From an uncultured Alphaproteobacteria bacterium (lineage in GTDB: Bacteria; Pseudomonadota; Alphaproteobacteria; HIMB59; GCA-002718135), in contig CACIBE010000002.1 of assembly GCA_902584805.1 (NCBI GenBank), forward strand, positions 1,212 through 65,211: a DNA stretch of 64,000 nt, given 5' to 3'. How positions within the stretch are numbered: the first letter of the stretch is position 1; each line of letters begins with the position of its first letter. Both the position numbers and the translations under genes were made by a program. Under the pieces are notes generated by a model. That model saw only the letters and a program-made list of their open reading frames with translations. It made no database searches and had not been told where the DNA came from. Positions 1 to 9,543 of this stretch are shown in pieces.

Positions 1-126
1 ATTGATATTTCTTATGGAAGAGGAGTTGGTTATTCATTTACAGAACATGATTTAGGAAAAGAAATACATGATATCTCGGCAACAAAAATTAGAAATGAAA
101 TGAGAGTTAAAGGGGAATTAAAATAA
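1..126 (+). CDS. 3' end of a cytidylyltransferase-like (HIGH nucleotidyltransferase superfamily) protein, partial
   Basis: Frame 1 is open from the window edge: IDISYGRGVGYSFTEHDLGKEIHDISATKIRNEMRVKGELK*. ISATKIR is a typical C-terminal motif of this superfamily. Confidence 0.55.
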   Translation: MDISYGRGVGYSFTEHDLGKEIHDISATKIRNEMRVKGELK

Positions 127-127
127 G

Positions 128-1447
128 CTAAATTTTTTCTCCTGCTGGTTTTCCATATCCAACATTTTTTTTCCCATATCTTCTCACTCTAACGTTACAT
201 TGTTCAGCGTGACCAATAAATCCTTCAAGGTGTGAAAGTCTAGATCCATATTCTCCAATAAGTGTAGCTGCTTCATCGGTTGTAATCTTTTGATAAGTGT
301 GGGTTTTAATGAACTTACCAGCCCACAAACCACCAGTATATCTTCCAGCTTTTTTAGTAGGAAGAGTATGGTTAGTGCCTATAACTTTATCACCATTAGC
401 AACATTAGTTCTAGGACCCAAAAATAAAGCACCATAAGATGTCATTTTTTCTAAAAACCAATCATCTTTTTTTGTCATAACTTGAACATGCTCTGAAGCT
501 ATTTCATTTGCTTTAGATAACATCTCCTCATAGGTATCACATAAAATTATTTCTCCATAATCTCTCCAGCTTGTACTTGCTGTTTCTTTAGTAGGTAAAA
601 TTTCTAAAATTCTATCAATTTCTTTAAATGTTTCTTCTGCAAGTTTTCTTGAGTTTGTTATCATCACAGCAGGAGAATTATATCCATGTTCAGCTTGCCC
701 TAATAAGTCTGTTGCACATATTTCACCATCAACAGTTTCATCTGCAATTACCATTGTTTCAGTTGGACCAGCAAATAAATCGATACCAACTTTGCCATAC
801 AATTGTCTTTTCGCTTCAGCAACAAATGCATTGCCAGGTCCAACAAGCATATCTACAGGTCTAATAGTTTCTGTACCAATAGCCATAGCACCAACTCCTT
901 GCATTCCTCCCAAAACATAAATTTCGTGAGCACCACCCATTTTCATTGCTGTAACGACAGCTGGATTTGGCTTACCTTTAAAAGGTGGTGTAGTAGCAAC
1001 AATTCTTGGAACCCCAGCAACAGAGGCAGTAACAACTGACATATGAGCAGAAGCTACCATTGGGAATTTACCAGCAGGTACATAACATCCTACTGCTTGT
1101 ACTGGTATATTTTTATGACCAAGAATCACACCTGGATGCGTTTCTACTTCTAATTCACTTAAAGTTTTAAGTTGTGCTTCCGCAAATGATCGCACTTGTT
1201 TTTGAGCAAACTTAATATCTTCTTTGTCATCATCAGAGATTTCACTCATTAATTGATGAATTTGATCTTCACTTAATCTAAAACTATCTGGAGAATAGTT
1301 ATCAAATTTTTGAGATAACTCTCTAATATGTTTATCGCCTTCTGATTCAATTTTACTTAACGTTTCCTCAACAATTTTTTTTACTTTATCATTATCTTCA
1401 ATTCTTTGTTTTTCGTCTAAACCTTTTTTTAAATATTCTATTGTCAT
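128..1447 (-). CDS. Histidinol dehydrogenase-fold protein, HpsN (sulfopropanediol 3-dehydrogenase)-like paralog
   Basis: HisD motifs [11 protein letters not shown], GIDxxAGPTE, QAEH, EH and GTNHTLPT. It has GDK rather than the HisD GDY, plus WRDYGE and YGALFLG as in HpsN. It is not in a his operon. Confidence 0.8.
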   Translation of the reverse strand: MTIEYLKKGLDEKQRIEDNDKVKKIVEETLSKIESEGDKHIRELSQKFDNYSPDSFRLSEDQIHQLMSEISDDDKEDIKFAQKQVRSFAEAQLKTLSELEVETHPGVILGHKNIPVQAVGCYVPAGKFPMVASAHMSVVTASVAGVPRIVATTPPFKGKPNPAVVTAMKMGGAHEIYVLGGMQGVGAMAIGTETIRPVDMLVGPGNAFVAEAKRQLYGKVGIDLFAGPTETMVIADETVDGEICATDLLGQAEHGYNSPAVMITNSRKLAEETFKEIDRILEILPTKETASTSWRDYGEIILCDTYEEMLSKANEIASEHVQVMTKKDDWFLEKMTSYGALFLGPRTNVANGDKVIGTNHTLPTKKAGRYTGGLWAGKFIKTHTYQKITTDEAATLIGEYGSRLSHLEGFIGHAEQCNVRVRRYGKKNVGYGKPAGEKI

Positions 1448-1449
1448 AA

Positions 1450-2547
1450 TTATTTTTTATGAATTAATTTAAAGATATCAATGTCTATTTGATCTAATAT
1501 GTGTGCTATATCGATTGGTACCCAATTTTCTCTAATTAATCCTTCATGATGTAAATAAAAATCCATAACTCTCATTGTTATTTTTTTTTGAGTAGGTTTA
1601 TATCCTAGCCAATCACTTGATCCATGAACACACTGAATACTATGCCAACCACCAGTCATAGAATAATTTCCATCTCCAATTTCAATATAATGACCGATTT
1701 TCCAATAATCTCTGTCCTTGAATGTAAGTCTAAATGGGAGTTGATGATGATCAACAAAACCATCTAAACCTCTAGCTGTACCTATACCACTTGGCCCATA
1801 CCACATCATTTTTGGATGCCAATAATCTTGTTGAGGATGATTAATTAATTTCTCCCTTATTTGATCTTTTGATAGACCTGGCTCAGTCTCGGGTTTAATA
1901 TTTAAACTTCTTTGCATGGTTAAATCTTGATTCAAAGATCGAAGAGACAGTTCCTTATCTAAATTTTGATTATTTTCTCCATCACCTGTGATTGGACTAG
2001 GCCACATCCCTTCTACCCCAAGAGATTTATTTATAGGCCAATATCCAGCCTGACGGATAAAATCTACAGTATCAATTAATGTATAGGATTTTATTATTTT
2101 ATTATTTGTAATCTGATGTGCTTCACATGTTCTAAGATAAATTGTTTTGTTAGTCGGCTTTACGCCCAACCACTCATCTTTAAAAGTTCCAGTTAAATGA
2201 CTAATAAATGAAACAAAAACTTTATCTCTAAATGCTCCTCCAATAATTAGATTATTTCTTCTTTCGAGATCGGGGAATGCCTTCTTTAGAGGGATTAAAT
2301 ATTTATTTTTTATTTCTTCAATTCCTTTAATTTCATTAATTGGATGAAATCCATTAAACTCAGCATCTACGTGATATAAATTTTCAAGATTTTTTTCTAA
2401 ATTATCTAAAGAGCACTCGGCAATTTTTTTTAATAAATTTTTAAAATATATTTTGTTTTCAATATTTATCTTTGGATCAAGATCTAAATGAATTATGTTT
2501 GAGTTATCTTTCTCACCTGTATCAAAGTTTTGTATTTTATTTGCCAT
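1450..2547 (-). CDS. Tandem SnoaL-like/NTF2-fold (ester cyclase family) protein, type A
   Basis: Domain 1 has AFPDLERR...WLGVKPT; domain 2 has [14 protein letters not shown]...MRVMDFY...IRENWV. Confidence 0.75.
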   Translation of the reverse strand: MANKIQNFDTGEKDNSNIIHLDLDPKINIENKIYFKNLLKKIAECSLDNLEKNLENLYHVDAEFNGFHPINEIKGIEEIKNKYLIPLKKAFPDLERRNNLIIGGAFRDKVFVSFISHLTGTFKDEWLGVKPTNKTIYLRTCEAHQITNNKIIKSYTLIDTVDFIRQAGYWPINKSLGVEGMWPSPITGDGENNQNLDKELSLRSLNQDLTMQRSLNIKPETEPGLSKDQIREKLINHPQQDYWHPKMMWYGPSGIGTARGLDGFVDHHQLPFRLTFKDRDYWKIGHYIEIGDGNYSMTGGWHSIQCVHGSSDWLGYKPTQKKITMRVMDFYLHHEGLIRENWVPIDIAHILDQIDIDIFKLIHKK

Positions 2548-2585
2548 AATAATTTAATAACACTATTGTTAAATAATAATTGATT

Positions 2586-2623
2586 TATTCATTATTTTGA
2601 ATAATATTCAAAAAAAATGAATA
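2586..2623. promoter_or_regulatory. Putative operator: TATTCA-N6-TGAATA followed by TATTCA-N7-TGAATA
   Basis: Palindromes at 2586-2603 and 2605-2623 in a divergent spacer; the same motif occurs at 6788 and 9435. Confidence 0.65.
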
Positions 2624-2638
2624 AAAGATCATTACAAT

Positions 2639-3610
2639 ATGTCAATTAATATTACATCTAGATTAGCCAAATTCGATGAACTTATTCCTAGTAATATACC
2701 ATTTGTTGAGGGAAAACTAAAAGGTCATCAAGATAGGAAAAATTATTCAGTTATAGGACCTGGTGTAAGTGAAGATGCTAAACAAAATGTTAAAATAGCT
2801 GAAGAACATGGCTTTAATATTGGTGCTGTCAGTGCTGCGCCGATGAATGGCTCTGGATTACATAGTCACACAACAGCAGAAGTTTTTATAATTCACTCAG
2901 GTGCCTGGCGTTTTTATTGGGGTGTTGATGGCACAGAAGGAGAAGTAATACTAAAAAAAGGTGACATCGCTTCTTTTCCCACAAACATGTTCAGAGGTTT
3001 TCAAAATGTAAGTGATGAAGAAGCTTTAATGTTTGTTGTGTTAGGTGAAAATGATCCAGGTGTTATTACTTGGACACCTAAACTTTTAAAAGATGCAAAA
3101 GAATCTGGAATGGTATTAATGAATGATAATTCTTTAATCGACACAGAGAAACAGAAAATAACAGATGAAACTAAAATTATTCAGCCACTAGAAGATAATG
3201 AATTAGAGAGTTTCGATCATTACTCTTCAGAAGACATAGAAAAGTTTGTTATTCGATTTAATGATAAAGATAAATATTTTGTCGATGATGATCACTATCA
3301 ATCTAATAAAATTATCAACTACATTGATCAGTTTCAAATTCATGATAAATCTTTTACCCCTAATATACCGCATGCAACAGGTTTTAGCCTTTCACTTCTC
3401 AACGGCAAGAGTGCTCATATACATGAATACAAACTGGAGAAATCAGAAGTGTATCATTGTTTATCTGGTGAATGGGAAATAAATTGTGATGGAGACAAAG
3501 TTGTAATTAAAGAAAAAGATACTTTTTCTGTTCCAAAAAATTCACTTCGTTCAATAAGACAGATAAGTGATCATGATGGTAATTTATTTATAATACGACA
3601 AACTAATTAA
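2639..3610 (+). CDS. Bicupin-domain protein
   Basis: LHSHTTAEVFIIHSG (HxHx3E) then GDIASFP; a second, degenerate cupin EVYHCLSGEW...DTFSVPKN. Confidence 0.8.
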   Translation: MSINITSRLAKFDELIPSNIPFVEGKLKGHQDRKNYSVIGPGVSEDAKQNVKIAEEHGFNIGAVSAAPMNGSGLHSHTTAEVFIIHSGAWRFYWGVDGTEGEVILKKGDIASFPTNMFRGFQNVSDEEALMFVVLGENDPGVITWTPKLLKDAKESGMVLMNDNSLIDTEKQKITDETKIIQPLEDNELESFDHYSSEDIEKFVIRFNDKDKYFVDDDHYQSNKIINYIDQFQIHDKSFTPNIPHATGFSLSLLNGKSAHIHEYKLEKSEVYHCLSGEWEINCDGDKVVIKEKDTFSVPKNSLRSIRQISDHDGNLFIIRQTN

Positions 3611-3621
3611 ATATTAATTAT

Positions 3622-4614
3622 ATGAAAGGATTTGATTCACAATTCAAAGATTTTCCTGATTATATTTTAAAGATCACATATCAAATTTGGGAAAAAAACG
3701 ATGTTGAAGCAATAAGAGATTATTATGCTGATACTCCAAATGTAAGCCTCCCCACACCTACAAGATCTCCATCTGGAGTAATTTATGGTGCAGACCCAGT
3801 AATTGAAAGTACCTATGCTAGTAAAAAACTATTTCCCGATAGAACACTTTTAGGTGAAGATGTAATTTGGACAGGAAATGATGATGAGGGATATTTTTCA
3901 TCGCATCGCATTTTATCAACCTCAACTCATTCTGTTAATGGGATGTATGGGAAAGCAACAGGCAAAAAACTATATTACCGAACTATCGCTGATTGTGCAT
4001 GCATGAATAATCAAGTTTATGATGAGTGGCTTGTGAGAGATCAAGGAGCAATTGTGAGACAAATTGGAATTGACCCCAAGAAATTTGCAAGCAATCTTAT
4101 TAAAGATGAGGGTGGTCCTGAAAAAGCTAGTAAACCCTTTGATGAAAATACACCTGTTAAATCAATTTATAAATCTCCTATTTTAGCATCTGGTAACATT
4201 GGAGAATTATATGCAAATATTTTAACCTCTATTATGAATATCAATTTAGAGAAAACAATAAATGATAGTTATGACAGAGCCATACAACAATTTCAACCAG
4301 GGGGAAATACTCACTATGGTAGAGATGAGGTAATAAAATTTTGGAAACAATTAAGAGATGCTTTTCCTAACGCATTGTTCTCAGTTGAGCACATTGCTTT
4401 TAAAGAAGAAAAATATGAACCTAAAAAAGCTTCAGTTCGATGGTCTATGGTAGGTAAACATGAAGGAGATGGTCTTTTTGGGAAAGCTTCTAATTCGAAA
4501 ATTTATATAATGGGAATTAATCATGTTGAATTTGGAGAAAGAGGTATTAAAAATGAATGGGTTCTCTATGATGAAACTATGATCTGGAAACAGATTTTAT
4601 TAAAAACAGGTTAA
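3622..4614 (+). CDS. Tandem SnoaL-like/NTF2-fold protein, type B
   Basis: DYILKITYQIWE, FPD...EDVIW, SSHR, IADC, EWLVRD; second domain AFPNA...VRW...H.GDGLFG...EWVLYDE. Confidence 0.75.
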   Translation: MKGFDSQFKDFPDYILKITYQIWEKNDVEAIRDYYADTPNVSLPTPTRSPSGVIYGADPVIESTYASKKLFPDRTLLGEDVIWTGNDDEGYFSSHRILSTSTHSVNGMYGKATGKKLYYRTIADCACMNNQVYDEWLVRDQGAIVRQIGIDPKKFASNLIKDEGGPEKASKPFDENTPVKSIYKSPILASGNIGELYANILTSIMNINLEKTINDSYDRAIQQFQPGGNTHYGRDEVIKFWKQLRDAFPNALFSVEHIAFKEEKYEPKKASVRWSMVGKHEGDGLFGKASNSKIYIMGINHVEFGERGIKNEWVLYDETMIWKQILLKTG

Positions 4615-4618
4615 TTTA

Positions 4619-5746
4619 ATGTCTAATATTTTAACAACACATGTTGGAAGCCTTCCTAGATCAAAAGAACTTTCAGAATTTTTATTTGCAAAAGATAAAG
4701 GAGAGAAAATCAGTCAAAGTAGTTTTGATGAAGTATTAAAAAATAACGTGGAAAGTGTTGTTAAGAGTCAACTTGATGTTGGAATTGATTTTGTCAGTGA
4801 TGGGGAGATGAGTAAAATTAGTTATGCTACATATATTAAAGACAGAATTGATGGGTTTTCAGGTGAAAGCGAAAGAAGAGCACCTGCTGATCTTGATGAT
4901 TTTCCAGAATACAAAGAAAAGATTGCTAAAAGTGGTGGCACGCCAACTTATACCAGACCATGTTGTACAAATGAATTAAAAGTAAAAGATGAAACTTCTC
5001 TTCTACAGGATATAAATAATTTTAAAAATTCACTTGATAAACTTAATCACCGACATGCATTTATGAACTCAGCATCACCTGGCGTCATAAATGTTTTTAT
5101 GCCAAATAAATTTTATAGTACCGAAGATGAATATTTGGATAAATTATCTAATATTATGGCTAAAGAATATGAGCTAATAACAAAATCAGATATCCAAGTT
5201 CAATTAGATTGCCCAGACCTTGCTTTAGCAAGACATATGAATTTTAAAAATTTATCTGAAGATGAGTTTATTAAACGTGCAGAACTACAAATTGAATGCC
5301 TAAACTCAGCATTATCTAATGTAGATTTCGAGCAAACTAGAATGCATATATGTTGGGGCAATTATGAGGGACCCCACACACACGATATTGCTCTAGAGAA
5401 AATATTACCTATAATTTTGAAATCAAAGGTAAAATACTTTCTCATTGAATCTTCTAATCCTAGGCACGCACATGAATGGAAAGTTTTTCAAGATATAAAG
5501 TTACCAAAAGATAAAGTCTTAGTACCTGGCGTAATCGACTCAACCTCTAATTTTGTTGAACATCCAGAAGTTGTTGCAGATAGATTAATTCAGTTTTCTA
5601 CAGTCATTCCAAAAGATCAATTAATGGCAGGGACAGATTGTGGTTTTAGTACATTTGCTGGTTTTGGAAAAATTGATGAAAAAATTTGTTATGAAAAGCT
5701 TCATGCATTAGTTGAGGGTACTAAACTTGCCTCAAAAGTTATCTAA
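4619..5746 (+). CDS. Cobalamin-independent methionine synthase II / epoxyalkane:CoM transferase-like Zn enzyme (single barrel)
   Basis: TTHVGSLPR, SDGE, MHICWGNYEGPH and TDCGF Zn-ligand motifs; the N-terminal MetE barrel is absent. Confidence 0.85.
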   Translation: MSNILTTHVGSLPRSKELSEFLFAKDKGEKISQSSFDEVLKNNVESVVKSQLDVGIDFVSDGEMSKISYATYIKDRIDGFSGESERRAPADLDDFPEYKEKIAKSGGTPTYTRPCCTNELKVKDETSLLQDINNFKNSLDKLNHRHAFMNSASPGVINVFMPNKFYSTEDEYLDKLSNIMAKEYELITKSDIQVQLDCPDLALARHMNFKNLSEDEFIKRAELQIECLNSALSNVDFEQTRMHICWGNYEGPHTHDIALEKILPIILKSKVKYFLIESSNPRHAHEWKVFQDIKLPKDKVLVPGVIDSTSNFVEHPEVVADRLIQFSTVIPKDQLMAGTDCGFSTFAGFGKIDEKICYEKLHALVEGTKLASKVI

Positions 5747-6751
5747 TTACTGATTTAAAAATTTTGCTCTTTCTAAAAGATCCACTCCTAGTTTTTTTAA
5801 AAAATGTAAATGATCAATAAAGATCCAGTTTTCAGCTAGTTTATCTCCATCTCTTCGATATAAATCTACAACTCTCATTTCTGATTCAATATCACTTGCA
5901 TTTGTTAATCCTAAATATTCTCCTTTAGGTTTCATAATTAAATTTGGCCAACCAAACCAACCACCCAGATCATCTTCAGAGCTACTAAGTATGTGTCCAT
6001 TGAAACGAACAAACTCTAAGCCATCTTGAAATGGTTTTGTGTGACCTTTTTGATAACCATCAATAGTATATGAAGCTCCTATTCCTCCCGGCCCCCACCA
6101 AATCATGTCATCATGCCAATCTAATTCTAATTCTTCTTTATAAGATTGCATTTTAGATCCTTTTACAAGTCGATCACGCATTCTATGAATTAAATCTAAT
6201 GTTTTTTGACTTTCACTTTTATTAGAAATATCAAATTTTAGACCTTTATGATTCATTGGTCCTGGCGTTACACAAACAAGACCTGTAGATTCAGGAATTA
6301 TAGAAAGACCTAGTTGCTGCATTAAATTCATTACATCTAAAAAAATCGCTCCTTCAGTAATTTTATTATTCTCCACTTTATAAAATTCAGCAAATCTTAA
6401 TAAAATAGATTTATAATTTGGTTTAAGACCTACAAACGGTTTATTGAAAACACCCATGAAATGACCCATACTGGAGATCCATTTCCCTTTATTTTTATCT
6501 AGTGAATTTATCCCAGCATAAAATATATCTAATCGACGTTGTATAGGTGAAAATGAATTTTTAATTGGTTTCCAAAGTTCATTAGCAACAAGATCTATAC
6601 TGCCTAATTCGTTAAATGGATGTGTGCATTTCATACTAAAATCTTCTGATGTGTATTTGGATATCACTTCAGATAATGAATTAATGTTGCAACTATCTAT
6701 TTCATTGAAATAATCTAATACTAATTTTTTTTCTGCTTGGAGATCAGTCAT
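5747..6751 (-). CDS. Tandem SnoaL-like/NTF2-fold protein, type A
   Basis: HPFNEL, QRRLDIF, WHDDMIWWGPGGIG, MRVVDLYRRDGDKLAENW; paralogous to 1450..2547. Confidence 0.75.
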   Translation of the reverse strand: MTDLQAEKKLVLDYFNEIDSCNINSLSEVISKYTSEDFSMKCTHPFNELGSIDLVANELWKPIKNSFSPIQRRLDIFYAGINSLDKNKGKWISSMGHFMGVFNKPFVGLKPNYKSILLRFAEFYKVENNKITEGAIFLDVMNLMQQLGLSIIPESTGLVCVTPGPMNHKGLKFDISNKSESQKTLDLIHRMRDRLVKGSKMQSYKEELELDWHDDMIWWGPGGIGASYTIDGYQKGHTKPFQDGLEFVRFNGHILSSSEDDLGGWFGWPNLIMKPKGEYLGLTNASDIESEMRVVDLYRRDGDKLAENWIFIDHLHFLKKLGVDLLERAKFLNQ

Positions 6752-6787
6752 TCCATTTTGATTATATTAATAAACTAAAAAAGACAA

Positions 6788-6825
6788 TATTCATTTTTTT
6801 GAATAAAATTTCATTGCTTTGAAAT
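6788..6825. promoter_or_regulatory. Putative operator: TATTCA-N6-TGAATA plus ATTTCA-N6-TGAAAT
   Basis: Palindromes at 6788-6805 and 6808-6825 in a divergent spacer. Confidence 0.65.
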
Positions 6826-6858
6826 ATTTTTAAATGTATCTCATTACAAATACAAATT

Positions 6859-7998
6859 ATGAAATTTAATAAAATTACAGATAAAAGACCAGAAGCTCTT
6901 CAAGACAATCATATGCCTAAGAGTTATGATATTTCATTAAAAGCATATGGAGGTGGAGGAACAGCTAAATCATTAAATCCAAAACCCAAAAAACTTAAAC
7001 ATCAATCAATGAAGGGGTTTGAGGATCAGTATAAAAATATAATCGATTATATTGTAAGGATTACGTATCAAATATGGGAAGAAAAAAATATTGGCTACAT
7101 CTATGACACCTACAGTAAAGATTGCAGAGTTTGGGATGAATTTGGTTTACAATCTGGATCTGAAAAAATTGTAGCTGATACTGTACATACAAACAACGCT
7201 TTTCCAGATATTCGATTATTTGCAGATGAAGTTATTTGGGCAGGGGATGAAAATGCAAGTTTTCATACTTCGCATAGAACAATTATTACCGGAACAAATA
7301 CGGGATTTAGTAAATTTTCTAAACCAACTAATAAAAAAGTAAGATTATTTTGTATTGCAAATTGTGTAGCAAAAAATAATGAAATTTATTACGAAAATGT
7401 TGTTTACGATACAGCAGGCTTAATTAAACAACTCGGATTAGATTTAAATCAAGTTGCAAAGCAACTTGTTGATGAGGGAATTGCAGGGCCCTATGCTCCT
7501 CATTTTAAAAACTCTAGACCAACAAGAAATATTACTAAATTAAAACCAATTAGTTTTGATATTCCAGATAAAATCAAAAATGTAAGAAAGTTTGTTCATG
7601 CAGTTTATGATACAATTTGGAATAGACGAAACTTTTCTGCAATAAATAAAGTATACTCTAGTAATGTAGAATTTGAAGGTTCAACTGGCCGTAAATTTAA
7701 AGGAGTTTTGCAATTAAGAAAATTTATAATATCACTTTTAGCTTCATTTCCTGATCTTGCACTCAGTATTGAAGATTTATACTGGATGGGAAATACAAAA
7801 GATGGTTACTTAGTATCGGTTCGTTGGGGCGCAGTAGGAACGCATAAAGGTAATGGTTCATATGGCCAACCAACTAATAGAGAAGTGTATTTGTGGGGAA
7901 TCACTCAATGGGAAATTAAAAATAATAAAATTATTAAAGAGTGGACTGGTTTTAATGAGCTTGCAATTCTAATGCAAATTTTAGGAGATAAAAAATGA
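6859..7998 (+). CDS. Tandem SnoaL-like/NTF2-fold protein, type B
   Basis: MKGFEDQY...DYIVRITYQIWE, AFPD...DEVIW, TSHR, IANC; paralogous to 3622..4614. Confidence 0.75.
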   Translation: MKFNKITDKRPEALQDNHMPKSYDISLKAYGGGGTAKSLNPKPKKLKHQSMKGFEDQYKNIIDYIVRITYQIWEEKNIGYIYDTYSKDCRVWDEFGLQSGSEKIVADTVHTNNAFPDIRLFADEVIWAGDENASFHTSHRTIITGTNTGFSKFSKPTNKKVRLFCIANCVAKNNEIYYENVVYDTAGLIKQLGLDLNQVAKQLVDEGIAGPYAPHFKNSRPTRNITKLKPISFDIPDKIKNVRKFVHAVYDTIWNRRNFSAINKVYSSNVEFEGSTGRKFKGVLQLRKFIISLLASFPDLALSIEDLYWMGNTKDGYLVSVRWGAVGTHKGNGSYGQPTNREVYLWGITQWEIKNNKIIKEWTGFNELAILMQILGDKK

Positions 7999-8414
7999 CT
8001 CTAGATGAAAGTAAAAAATTATTAGCTGATATGTATGATGCACTTAATGCTCAAGATCTAGAAGCACAACATAAGTACTGGCATGATGATATGGTTTGGC
8101 ACGGTCCCCCAGGTTTTGGTGATATCCATGGTATAGAAAATTTTAAATATAAAGTTCTAAAACCTTTTTATGAAGCATTTCCAGATTATCATGTAAAAAA
8201 TGATATTGTGGTTGCTGAAGGTGAGTGGATTAGTGCAACGGGATTTCTAACAGGCACACACAGTGGAACATATCTTGGAGTGGAGCCAACAGGTAAATCT
8301 ATCAAAATGCAATTTTCAGATTTTTGGACCATTAAAGATGGAAAATTTTTAGATAATTACGTTATGGTAGATAATCATGGTGTCTTTGAACAGATGGGAT
8401 TAAAATTTAAGTAA
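7995..8414 (+). CDS. Single-domain SnoaL-like ester cyclase family protein
   Basis: WHDDMVWHGPPG, AFPD, GTHSGTYLGVEPTGK, DFWTIKDGK; ATGA overlap with the upstream gene. Confidence 0.85.
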   Translation: MTLDESKKLLADMYDALNAQDLEAQHKYWHDDMVWHGPPGFGDIHGIENFKYKVLKPFYEAFPDYHVKNDIVVAEGEWISATGFLTGTHSGTYLGVEPTGKSIKMQFSDFWTIKDGKFLDNYVMVDNHGVFEQMGLKFK

Positions 8415-8415
8415 A

Positions 8416-9414
8416 TTATTTTGTAGTTTTTCTTTTTATAAGTCTTCCCTGTACAATATGATTTATAGGTTCAAAATCTGGATCTTTAATATATTCATTT
8501 ATTAACTGAGTTGCTATTTTTGACATTTGTCTAATAGGTTGTCTTACAGTTGTAAGGTTATATGATTCCCAAGCTGACATTGATATATCGTCATAACCAA
8601 TAATTTCTAATTGAGAAGGTGTTTTTAATGAAGTATTTTTTTTAATATAATCTAAACATCCAAATGCCATTGTGTCATCAGCACAAAATATTGCACTTAT
8701 CTTTTTATTGAAAATTTTTTCTGTTGCTTGATATCCACCTTCATAAGTGAAAAAACCTTTTTCAATATTTAATTTAATTTTTTTATTATTTTTAAGATAA
8801 TTTTTAAAACCTTTGCATCGCTCATCGCTAACAAAAGATCCTTTTGGTCCTTCAATGAGGCCAATATTTTTATGATTTTTCTTTGTAAAATATTCTGCAA
8901 CTAATTCTCCTCCATTACGATGATCACATGCAACAGAACTTATCGTTGGTATATTCCAACTTCTATTATAAGCAATAAATTGTATTCTTTTTTGATTGCA
9001 ATCTTCGACAAATTTATCAGTGGGTTTTGTTGCTGATATTATTGCAATGAGTTTTTCTTTTAAGTATGGCTGTATTAATTTTTCATCTAATTCCTCTCCA
9101 TCATCAGTTGTAATTAATAAAATTCTAAACCCCCCATTCCTTAGTGCTTCATGTAATTCTATTAAAACTTCTGGATAATATCTGCTTGTAACGTAAGGTA
9201 AAATGACAGCAACTAATCCGCTATCGTCATTAGATATTGAATTAGAAGATATATTAGGTGCTTTATATTGTAATTTCCTAGCTGCTTCCAAGACTCTCAA
9301 TTTTGTTCTACTAGAAATGCTAGCACCTTTTGTAAAACATCTAGAAACAGCTGATTGGGATACCCCTGCTAGTTTTGCTACGTCCTGTGATGTCGCAGTT
9401 TTCTTAAAACTCAT
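8416..9414 (-). CDS. LacI-family transcriptional regulator
   Basis: HTH TSQDVAKLAGVSQSAVSRCF; C-terminal AIFCADDTMA, IIGYDD, LTTVRQP. Confidence 0.92.
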   Translation of the reverse strand: MSFKKTATSQDVAKLAGVSQSAVSRCFTKGASISSRTKLRVLEAARKLQYKAPNISSNSISNDDSGLVAVILPYVTSRYYPEVLIELHEALRNGGFRILLITTDDGEELDEKLIQPYLKEKLIAIISATKPTDKFVEDCNQKRIQFIAYNRSWNIPTISSVACDHRNGGELVAEYFTKKNHKNIGLIEGPKGSFVSDERCKGFKNYLKNNKKIKLNIEKGFFTYEGGYQATEKIFNKKISAIFCADDTMAFGCLDYIKKNTSLKTPSQLEIIGYDDISMSAWESYNLTTVRQPIRQMSKIATQLINEYIKDPDFEPINHIVQGRLIKRKTTK

Positions 9415-9434
9415 GAATTATCCCCCCATTTCAA

Positions 9435-9472
9435 TATTCAAAATCTTGAATATCAATTCATATTATTGCATT
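9435..9472. promoter_or_regulatory. Putative operator: TATTCA-N6-TGAATA plus degenerate AATTCA-N6-TGCATT
   Basis: Sites at 9435-9452 and 9455-9472 between the LacI gene and the divergent ABC operon. Confidence 0.65.
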
Positions 9473-9543
9473 ATTTTCTAATACCAATATAAAGGATTTA
9501 TACTTAAATGTGAATTTCACACTTTATTAATAAGGGGAAATAT

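Noticed and set aside
128-1447. Calling this the biosynthetic hisD
   Set aside because: It has GDK rather than GDY, HpsN-like segments and no his genes nearby.
1450-8414. Polyketide biosynthetic cluster suggested by the SnoaL cyclases
   Set aside because: No KS, ACP or NRPS genes; the importer and LacI point to catabolism.
9509-9521. Palindrome TGTGAATTTCACA resembling a CRP site
   Set aside because: The spacer is 3 bp rather than 6, it occurs once, and chance is plausible in AT-rich DNA.
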